Source of the DNA: Candidatus Saccharimonadota bacterium
GTDB taxonomy: Archaea; Micrarchaeota; Micrarchaeia; Micrarchaeales; Micrarchaeaceae
Assembly: GCA_963705375.1 (NCBI GenBank)
Contig: OY970071.1
Span: forward strand, 660,001 to 692,000
Direction: 5' to 3'
DNA length: 32,000 nt
Part shown: one piece after another, positions 9,150 to 15,619 of the stretch
Position numbering within the stretch: the first letter of the stretch is position 1
How the letters are laid out: every line of letters starts with the position of its first letter
Translations under genes and position numbers: made by a program
Notes under the pieces: generated by a model
Told to the model about the DNA's origin: nothing
The model's input: the letters and a program-made list of their open reading frames with translations, nothing else
Database searches by the model: none

Positions 9150-10960
9150 GCTTCTTGTGCATCCAGCTTTGCTTTATCATGCGCAGTGCTTGGGCCAGCC
9201 ACGGTAAAGGCTTTTGGTCCCTTGCCTCCGTTGACTGGCAGTGCAAAGTAGTCCTTCAGGCCTGTGTATGTGTGCTTGTACGCCTTTGTTTCCTGCAGCT
9301 CACTGACGCTTCTAAGGTACTTCTCTTTTGCGTACGTCCAGCCAGGATGAGCCGCCTGCCATGCGCTTTGAGGTATGCTGAATTGCCTCTGTACCTTATC
9401 CCTATAGATTTCGGGGAACACGTTGAACGTGCAGAAGGGCAGTATCTCCCCGTCAGGCATGGCGTAGCTTACGGCGCATTGCTCTACTCTCCGTATATCA
9501 TAATTATACTCGTCTTGGAAGTGCATCATACCCAAGAACAGCATCTTTGACTGTATTGCGCCCATGGTCTTGAAGTCGCGCTTCGTGAGCAGCGTAGCGA
9601 GCATTTTGCCAAAGTCGAGGCCCTTCGGCTGCTTATCTTTGTCTATGAATTTGTGGATGCCGATGAGCGCCTTTGCGGTTATGGATCTTCTAGCCAGCAC
9701 GCCTTTGCCGGTCATATCAACTACGGCGTTGCGGAGGTGCCCCATGAGCCCATCGACGTCCAGGAACTCTGTGATGGGCACTATCTTGCCGTTAGGGTCT
9801 ATGAAAAGGTAGCACGCTGCACCGCACGCGAAGTGCACAGACAGATCGTATTTGAATTCACCAGTTAGAGCCTCTGCGAACTTGCTTATATCGCCAGCGC
9901 AGGGCACCGAGAACCAGTGTTCTTTTCGTATTACGCCATTCGTCTGCTCCTCTATCAGTTTTATCGCACCCGGGATCGTTATTCGCTGCTTTTCACGCTC
10001 CCTTACAGGCATTCTTCCAACAAGAGAAACGGGCTGGAAGTTCACGGCCCTGACCACGTCGCTGTTGTTGACCGCGAAGTTTATTATCGCGCCGAGTTCG
10101 TTGTCATTAACGGTCCGTATTACCGTAGGCACAAGCACACACCCCATCGACGCTTTGCGCACTGCATCCAGAGCCAATGGAATCTCCCAGTGGTTCTTCG
10201 GGTTTGCCCTTGCGCTGACACCATCGAAGCTCATGTAGAGCGTGCTCAAGCCAGCATGCCTGTAATTGATTGCCAATTCTGGATGCAGGCCGATATTTAT
10301 CCCTGTGGTGTTCAGCTGCACTTGGTCGAAGCCCTCCTCCTTTGCGAGCGCGATGATTTCAGTAAGATCTTCTCTCATGGTCGGCTCGCCCCCGGTCAGC
10401 TGAATGGCGTTTGCAGGTATTGGCTTCTGATTCCTAAGATTCCTGAAGAGCTTCCTCAGCTCATCAATCGATGGCTGATACACACTGTCGCCCTCCTTGG
10501 CGTAAAAGAAGCAGTACCAGCACGCAAGGTGGCACCGGTTGGTGACCACGACGTTCGCCAATGCCGTGTGCGACTTGTGCCTCTCGCAGAATCCACAGTC
10601 GAACGGGCAGTTTGCGCCTTTCGTCGATGTCACAAAGTTTGGGTTGTCAAATCCCCGGCCGGCATAGCCGAACTTCCTCATGCGCATGTACATGTCGTAG
10701 TCTTCCCAATACTTTTCAACTGTCCACTTGTGTTCAGGGCAATACTTACGGATCATCACGTTGTCGCCGTCCCGGTAGATAGTGCCCTCTATTATGAGCT
10801 TGCATTCGGGGCAAACGGTTTGCGTGCTCTCGATAACAGGAAGCTTGGCCATCTCTTCGGGGCTTCTACAATAAGGAGATTGCACTTGTACGCTTTCGCC
10901 AATGCCGGCTCCGCTCGCTCCTGCCAAGTGCTCGCGCTGTGGGTTTTCTGGCGTTGCCAT
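9146..10960 (-). CDS. Radical SAM enzyme of the COG1964 / tetraether lipid synthase (Tes, GDGT-MAS)-like type
   Basis: The canonical CHLACWYC (CX3CX2C) is encoded at 10511..10534. It is preceded by CPFDCGFCERH (a second Cys cluster) and an N-terminal CPEC...CPEH zinc-ribbon/rubredoxin-like knuckle. This is the arrangement I associate with the MJ0619/Tes family. The start is set at ATG 10960 (MATPENPQ...) because a TATA box lies 23 nt upstream. The track start at 11110 and ATG 10852 are alternatives. Confidence 0.75.
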   Translation of the reverse strand: MATPENPQREHLAGASGAGIGESVQVQSPYCRSPEEMAKLPVIESTQTVCPECKLIIEGTIYRDGDNVMIRKYCPEHKWTVEKYWEDYDMYMRMRKFGYAGRGFDNPNFVTSTKGANCPFDCGFCERHKSHTALANVVVTNRCHLACWYCFFYAKEGDSVYQPSIDELRKLFRNLRNQKPIPANAIQLTGGEPTMREDLTEIIALAKEEGFDQVQLNTTGINIGLHPELAINYRHAGLSTLYMSFDGVSARANPKNHWEIPLALDAVRKASMGCVLVPTVIRTVNDNELGAIINFAVNNSDVVRAVNFQPVSLVGRMPVREREKQRITIPGAIKLIEEQTNGVIRKEHWFSVPCAGDISKFAEALTGEFKYDLSVHFACGAACYLFIDPNGKIVPITEFLDVDGLMGHLRNAVVDMTGKGVLARRSITAKALIGIHKFIDKDKQPKGLDFGKMLATLLTKRDFKTMGAIQSKMLFLGMMHFQDEYNYDIRRVEQCAVSYAMPDGEILPFCTFNVFPEIYRDKVQRQFSIPQSAWQAAHPGWTYAKEKYLRSVSELQETKAYKHTYTGLKDYFALPVNGGKGPKAFTVAGPSTAHDKAKLDAQEA

Positions 10961-10983
10961 CCCTGATTTACGCGTTTGGAAGC

Positions 10984-10991
10984 TATTTAAA
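10984..10991 (-). promoter_or_regulatory. TATA box for the radical SAM gene (leaderless geometry)
   Basis: TTTAAATA on the minus strand ends 23 nt before ATG 10960. Confidence 0.45.
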
Positions 10992-11020
10992 CAGTGTGGG
11001 CGTTGAGTTTTACTATCGTT

Positions 11021-11072
11021 CAGAAATTGCAGATTTGCAGACGCATCAGACCAATGAAAAATTTCTGATGCG
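11021..11072 (-). terminator. Inverted-repeat element between the RpiB-like gene and the radical SAM promoter
   Basis: A perfect 9-bp stem joins CGCATCAGA (11042-11050) to TCTGATGCG (11064-11072). On the minus strand its 13-nt loop contains TTTTT. An alternative 8-bp stem, CAGAAATT (11021-11028) with AATTTCTG (11060-11067), competes for the same 3' arm. Confidence 0.3.
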
Positions 11073-11106
11073 GCACCGGGCGCAGCACCAGGGAAGGCGT
11101 AGAAAT

Positions 11107-11685
11107 TCATTCTATTCCGAACGTGTATTTCAGGTCCTCGATGATACCTTTGCCTTTGGGCTTTGGAGGTTCGTCCGATTCATCCTCTTCGTCCTTTTCT
11201 GCGCTCTTGCGTTTCTTTTGCGAGGGCTTCGGGCTTGTGAAAGAGATTAGATTTTTCAGCGCGTCAGGGCTCAGCTGCGGCATACGCCTTGGTACAGGCG
11301 CTTCTTCCTCGGTGCTGCCCTGCGCAGAGACACCCAGCCAAGCTTCCACAATGTCACCAGCAACGTCATCATCGAGATTGTTGCCGCTGAGAACGATAAC
11401 GTTTGCATGTGCCTTTCTTGCCGTAGCAGCCTCTTTGGGGTTCTTGCAAACTGCAGCTCTGAAAGCGTTGTTCCTGTTGGTCTCTATGCTGGTTTCTATC
11501 GGCTGCTTTGATATCGCAACAATAAGGTCAAAGCCGCGAGCTTTATTGTCCAGCATGTCGTCCACGAGCTCATTGTAGTCGGAAGAACTGTGCTCGCTCA
11601 TTATAGCGGTGTTGCCGACAGAATTTATGAAATTGGTGAGCCTCACTGCGTGCTCATGATTGTCCCCGAGAACATAAACTTTCAT
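11107..11685 (-). CDS. RpiB/LacAB-fold protein lacking the catalytic Cys motif, with an acidic/basic disordered tail
   Basis: The first ~125 aa align by eye to RpiB (MKVYVLGDNHEHAV versus MKIAIGSDHAG; FRAAVCKNPKEAATARKAHANVIVLSGNNL..IVEAWL versus IRAALCHD.YSA.LAR.HNDANVLALGAR...IV.AFL). The ICGTGIG active-site loop is replaced by VAISKQPIE. The tail, about 65 aa, ends KGKGIIEDLKYTFGIE. Confidence 0.6.
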   Translation of the reverse strand: MKVYVLGDNHEHAVRLTNFINSVGNTAIMSEHSSSDYNELVDDMLDNKARGFDLIVAISKQPIETSIETNRNNAFRAAVCKNPKEAATARKAHANVIVLSGNNLDDDVAGDIVEAWLGVSAQGSTEEEAPVPRRMPQLSPDALKNLISFTSPKPSQKKRKSAEKDEEDESDEPPKPKGKGIIEDLKYTFGIE

Positions 11686-11752
11686 AGAACAGCCTCGTTA
11701 ATTTCTCCCATAAAGGATTATTAATCTTCCTCTATCAATAAAATAGAAGTTT

Positions 11753-11986
11753 ATGAGAGGACGTGAAACGTCAGTAGTGTGCGCTTCCTGCGGAAGGAAG
11801 ATACCTAGGAACAAGTCAGTATCGGACGAGAAGCCTGTCCGTTTCGGCACGGACCTGAAGACGGCACAAGATGTGCGTTTCTTCGAAAGGCTGAAAGTGT
11901 ATTACTGCATAAGCTGCGCAAAACACAGAGGAATATTTGAAAAGAAGAAGAGGCAAGCAATAGAGAGAGCTAAAAGGTTATTGTAA
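11753..11986 (+). CDS. rps26e: Ribosomal protein S26e
   Basis: 77 aa and basic. The pattern CASCGRKIPRNKSV ... KVYYCISCAKH matches the eS26 zinc-ribbon layout (C.NC.R.VPKDKAI ... KLHYCVSCAIH). Confidence 0.7.
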   Translation: MRGRETSVVCASCGRKIPRNKSVSDEKPVRFGTDLKTAQDVRFFERLKVYYCISCAKHRGIFEKKKRQAIERAKRLL

Positions 11987-12912
11987 TGCCGTTAAGCCCG
12001 GAAGACCTGCTCATCTTCAAGTCAAGGGCAGGTGCTAAAGAGCAGGCGAAGCCCGCTGCAGCAGAACGTCCGAGGCCACAACAACCTAGTCCTATCGAAC
12101 AGGCGAAACCACAGGCAGCACCGCCTCAGGCACCCATAAGAGAAAAAGTAGAACAGGCAGTGCAGGCATCCAGCACAGAGCAGGCGGAGAGGCTGCGTGC
12201 GCTTGAAGCAGCCGCATCAGCTGAAGAAGCAAAGCTGCATGGTCCGGTTAGTGAGAAAAAGATGCAGCTTGAATCAGGCACTGAAGGAGCAAAGCAGCAG
12301 TTCTGCGCCTGGCACGCGTGGAGGCCAGCCTACGCCGTGTGCAACTACTGCCATAGGCCTTTCTGCTACGAGGATGTAGAGGAGCTCAACAACGAGTATT
12401 ACTGCTTGGAGGACATAGACAAGGTTTCAAGGCATGCCGAGGGCGTGTACACCAAGTACAGCAACCTGAGCTTTGTCGCCGCGGCGATGCTTATGCTTTC
12501 GTTCACTGTTTTCATACTTTTTGCCAACGCGCAGCTGGCATACGTGATAAATGCTGTGAAGACTGTTGGTTTGCCATCGTTCATCGCCACCATTAACACC
12601 AGCTACGAAATCCTAATCCTTGAGGCAGGGCTCACGCTCGTCTCGCTCGTAGCAGCTGTCATGATAATAATGCAGTCGAAGAAGGCGTTCATACTTGGAA
12701 TCATCGCAAGCATCGGAAACATAGCGCTGTTCAGCTACCTATTCCTTGGAAGCGGAACCCTGTACATCGCTGTGATCGCAGCGATATCGTTCGCGGGACT
12801 GATTTCACTTGCATACTCGAGGGTAACATACGCTTCATACGCGACCGAAGCACCGTATGCAGACCTAAACCAACTAGCAGCTGCGGAAGCACAGAAGGCA
12901 GAAACAGCCTGA
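11986..12912 (+). CDS. Membrane protein with a disordered P/Q/A-rich N-terminus, a B-box-like zinc finger and 4 C-terminal TM helices
   Basis: Its ATG shares one nt with the S26e stop (TAATG). The Cys/His cluster reads FCAWHAWRPAYAVCNYCHRPFCYEDV...YYCLEDI. It is followed by four long hydrophobic segments. The N-terminus contains the repeat EQAKPxAA. Confidence 0.65.
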   Translation: MPLSPEDLLIFKSRAGAKEQAKPAAAERPRPQQPSPIEQAKPQAAPPQAPIREKVEQAVQASSTEQAERLRALEAAASAEEAKLHGPVSEKKMQLESGTEGAKQQFCAWHAWRPAYAVCNYCHRPFCYEDVEELNNEYYCLEDIDKVSRHAEGVYTKYSNLSFVAAAMLMLSFTVFILFANAQLAYVINAVKTVGLPSFIATINTSYEILILEAGLTLVSLVAAVMIIMQSKKAFILGIIASIGNIALFSYLFLGSGTLYIAVIAAISFAGLISLAYSRVTYASYATEAPYADLNQLAAAEAQKAETA

Positions 12913-12918
12913 ATTTTG

Positions 12919-14160
12919 CTACTTTATCTCTATGGTGTCGCCGTTCTTGGGCGCATACGCCTCAAAGCCGTCAAGCTTTAGGTTCTCTGCGAGCTGCGTT
13001 GTGGATTCTGAATCACCGTGGATGCAAACGACAGTCTGGGGACTGCTCGCCTTTATGTACTTATAGAGGTCGTTCTTGTCCGCATGGGCAGAGAAGTCAT
13101 AATAGCTCACAGGCGTGTCTATCCTCCTGATGTCGCCATTATCCACAATCCTTCCAGCATCAAGCAGCATCCTGCCGTTGGTGCCCTCGACTTGGTACCC
13201 CGTAAGAAAAATGTATGAAGCCTTGTTCAGCTTTGTTATATAGTCCAAGACAGGGCCGCCATTGAGCATGCCACTAGTCGTGAGTATTATTGAAGGTTCG
13301 CTAAGAGCAGCGTAACGGTCGTCGCGCCCTTCTATCAACGTGCATGAGGACACAGCCCTTGACAGGAGCGTTTCTTGTGTAATAAACTTAGGGTACTTCA
13401 GCACTATCGAGGTCGCAGACTTTGCCATTCCGTCAAGGTACGTTCGGCTCGCCAGGCCGTGCTCATACAGCGTCGTAAGGATCTCCTGACTGCGCCCCAC
13501 GGCAAACACCGGAATCAGCGCCGTGCCGCCATTGTCAAGCACTTCCTTGACCTTTTCTATGAACTTGTTTACGAGCTCATGCACGTCTGGATGAGTCCTT
13601 GTAGCGTATGTTGACTCAGTAACCAGCACGTCACTCTTTACAATCTCAGCACCTTTGTGAAGGCGCTGTTCGGCAAGCTTGAAGTCACCAGTGTAGACTA
13701 TCCTTTGGCCTCTCCGAGTTACAAGCGTTATCGCACTCCCGCTTATGTGTCCAGCGTCAAAAAGCTCTATGTCAAAACCGTTCGATTCTATGCCAGAATG
13801 GTAGTCTAGGCCAACGAACCTGTTCCTGAAGCTCTTCAACTGGCGCTTGTGGAAGCGCTCAGACTCGTGTTGTTTCTTGGCTATTGCCATAGAGTCCTCG
13901 AGAAGCAGCAATGAAAGATCCAGCGTTGGTGTAGCACCTATTGTTGGAGGGAACGCCTTGTTGTAGAGTGCCGGCACAAATCCGCAGTGGTCGAGATGGG
14001 CGTGGCTCAATGCAACGGTATCGACTTCTGGAACTTCAATAGGATATTCTGTCTTGTGGTCGAGCTTGACCCCATAGTCAAAGAGCATCTTCTTTCCATC
14101 ATCTAGAAGCACAGCAGATCTGCCTACTTCTTGGGCACCGCCCAGAAATCTTAGTCGCAT
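12919..14160 (-). CDS. Metallo-beta-lactamase / beta-CASP family ribonuclease (aCPSF2-like, no KH domains)
   Basis: Carries the SHAHLDHCG (HxHxDH) motif, a downstream DAGHISGSA, and the C-terminal FSAHAD and CIHGD motifs typical of beta-CASP RNases. Length 413 aa. Confidence 0.85.
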   Translation of the reverse strand: MRLRFLGGAQEVGRSAVLLDDGKKMLFDYGVKLDHKTEYPIEVPEVDTVALSHAHLDHCGFVPALYNKAFPPTIGATPTLDLSLLLLEDSMAIAKKQHESERFHKRQLKSFRNRFVGLDYHSGIESNGFDIELFDAGHISGSAITLVTRRGQRIVYTGDFKLAEQRLHKGAEIVKSDVLVTESTYATRTHPDVHELVNKFIEKVKEVLDNGGTALIPVFAVGRSQEILTTLYEHGLASRTYLDGMAKSATSIVLKYPKFITQETLLSRAVSSCTLIEGRDDRYAALSEPSIILTTSGMLNGGPVLDYITKLNKASYIFLTGYQVEGTNGRMLLDAGRIVDNGDIRRIDTPVSYYDFSAHADKNDLYKYIKASSPQTVVCIHGDSESTTQLAENLKLDGFEAYAPKNGDTIEIK

Positions 14161-14211
14161 AAAACCATTTGACTTAGAATACGTGGAATGGTCGCAATAT
14201 TCTCTGCAAAG

Positions 14212-14219
14212 TTAATATA
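14212..14219 (+). promoter_or_regulatory. TATA box for the 14241..14990 gene (leaderless geometry)
   Basis: TTAATATA ends 21 nt before ATG 14241. Confidence 0.4.
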
Positions 14220-14240
14220 TGTTTGTTTCTTTATAGTAGC

Positions 14241-14990
14241 ATGCCTGATGAGATTAATTTTGTAGACCTTGCCGCACTTACAAGGGTAACTCCTGATGCC
14301 GTTGTTGAAAAGTTTGGCAGTGCCATAAACTCTTCCTTTTTTGACGCATCCAGCATACTCGCCACGCTTAAGCAGAAGGGCATGATCGACTTCACAACCG
14401 CATTTCCAGGCCAGAGCGCAATAACCATCACGGATCTGGGCAAGCAGCTGCTCAACGAAGCTCATGACAAGGCCAACACGCCGTTCGACCAGCTGGATTT
14501 GACAATACTATCACAGCTTTCGGCAGGCAAGCGCAACGTGCAAGAGCTGAACCAGAGCGTAAACGTGACTCAGAAAGACTTTGCTTTGAGAATCTACAAG
14601 CTGGCGCAGAACGCGTTCCTATCATATGATATGAGGAACGGAAGCATAAGCATAGCACTCACAGAGAAAGGATTCCTTCAGGTCAAGTCTGGAATGCCGC
14701 AACCTATGCAGGCAGCAGGTCCGACAACCATACCACAGGCACCTCAGGAGATGCAACAGGCTGCACAGACCGCACAGCAAGGCACCGCCCAACAACAGAG
14801 CCAACAGAAGACTGATGCCTCGGCAGCGTCAAAGAACGCGAAATGGCCGCAGATAAACAACTTGAGTGACTTGGAGAAGAAGATACACAATGGGATAATT
14901 CTCAAACAAAGATACACGATTAGCGTCGCGGTCGCCATCATACTTGTCGTAATCGTGTATTCACTCATCTTGCTTAAGATCAAAATATAA
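14241..14990 (+). CDS. Tail-anchored protein with two winged-helix-like domains and a Gln-rich linker
   Basis: The segment LTILSQLSAGKRNVQELNQSVNVTQKDFALRIYKLAQNAFLSYDMRNGSISIALTEKGF reads as a MarR/ArsR-type wHTH, and an earlier, weaker copy lies in the N-terminus. These are followed by the Q/A-rich stretch QAPQEMQQAAQTAQQGTAQQQSQQ and one TM helix at the extreme C-terminus (ISVAVAIILVVIVYSLILL). Confidence 0.6.
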   Translation: MPDEINFVDLAALTRVTPDAVVEKFGSAINSSFFDASSILATLKQKGMIDFTTAFPGQSAITITDLGKQLLNEAHDKANTPFDQLDLTILSQLSAGKRNVQELNQSVNVTQKDFALRIYKLAQNAFLSYDMRNGSISIALTEKGFLQVKSGMPQPMQAAGPTTIPQAPQEMQQAAQTAQQGTAQQQSQQKTDASAASKNAKWPQINNLSDLEKKIHNGIILKQRYTISVAVAIILVVIVYSLILLKIKI

Positions 14991-15001
14991 TAGTTGATGC
15001 G

Positions 15002-15619
15002 ATGCAACTGCTCGACTACATGCAAGCCAGAGAACTACTCGGTCGCTACGGAATACGAAGCGTCGATAGCAAGTACGTTACAAGCGCCGATGACGCTGTG
15101 AAGTTCGCTTCGAATGACGACATCGTGCTGAAGGTGATAAGCGATAAGGCGCTGCACAAGGCAAGCCACGGCTTGGTCGCACTTAACCTCAATTCTGAAG
15201 AGAAGATAAGAGACACGTACAAAGAGTTTGAAATAACCGCACGAGACCTACGCCCTTACAAGGTCCTGGCACAAAAGATGGTGGGCAAGGGCATAGAGAT
15301 AATAGTAGGAGGCAAGACAGACCCTCAATTCGGAAAGGTACTACTGATAGGTCTCGGAGGCATTTACGTTGAGACTTTCAAGGATTTTGCGCTGCGCCTG
15401 TGTCCGATAAAGAAGAACGACGCACAAGAGATGCTTCACCAGCTGAAATCAAGCAAGATAATCGCGCCAAACGATGCAGCGGAAAGCATGATAGTGACGC
15501 TTCTGGAAAAGACATCAAAACTGTTTATTGAAAACAAGATGGATGAGCTTGACTTGAACCCGGTGATACTGCACGACGGCATGTACGACGCCGTAGACTT
15601 GAGAATGTTGTTTCAATGA
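15002..15619 (+). CDS. acdB: ADP-forming acetyl-CoA synthetase (NDP-forming acyl-CoA synthetase), beta / ATP-grasp subunit
   Basis: About 205 aa ATP-grasp-like protein (ARELLGRYGI, VLKVIS..ALHKASHGLVALNL, GIEIIVGGKTDPQFG). Its stop overlaps the alpha subunit start as ATGA. Confidence 0.8.
   Translation: MQLLDYMQARELLGRYGIRSVDSKYVTSADDAVKFASNDDIVLKVISDKALHKASHGLVALNLNSEEKIRDTYKEFEITARDLRPYKVLAQKMVGKGIEIIVGGKTDPQFGKVLLIGLGGIYVETFKDFALRLCPIKKNDAQEMLHQLKSSKIIAPNDAAESMIVTLLEKTSKLFIENKMDELDLNPVILHDGMYDAVDLRMLFQ

Noticed and set aside
9917-10966. 349-aa ORF on the plus strand, the longest unexplained ORF in the track
   Set aside because: It lies entirely antisense to the radical SAM gene, whose motifs are unambiguous. 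Its translation is Arg/His/Cys/Leu-rich with no recognisable domain, as expected for a shadow ORF opposite a real gene.
10961-11110. 50-codon N-terminal extension of the radical SAM ORF, whose ATG 11110 forms an ATGA overlap with the upstream gene
   Set aside because: The extension reads as non-protein-like sequence (MNFYAFPGAAPGAASEIFHWSD...). It contains a perfect 9-bp hairpin and a TTTAAATA box correctly spaced before ATG 10960. The ATGA overlap keeps this as a live alternative, so the call is moderate confidence only.
14151-14465. 104-aa minus-strand ORF spanning the divergent promoter region
   Set aside because: It overlaps the start of the better-supported plus-strand wHTH gene and the TATA region. 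It would overlap the 5' end of the beta-CASP gene in a different frame, and it has no recognisable motifs.
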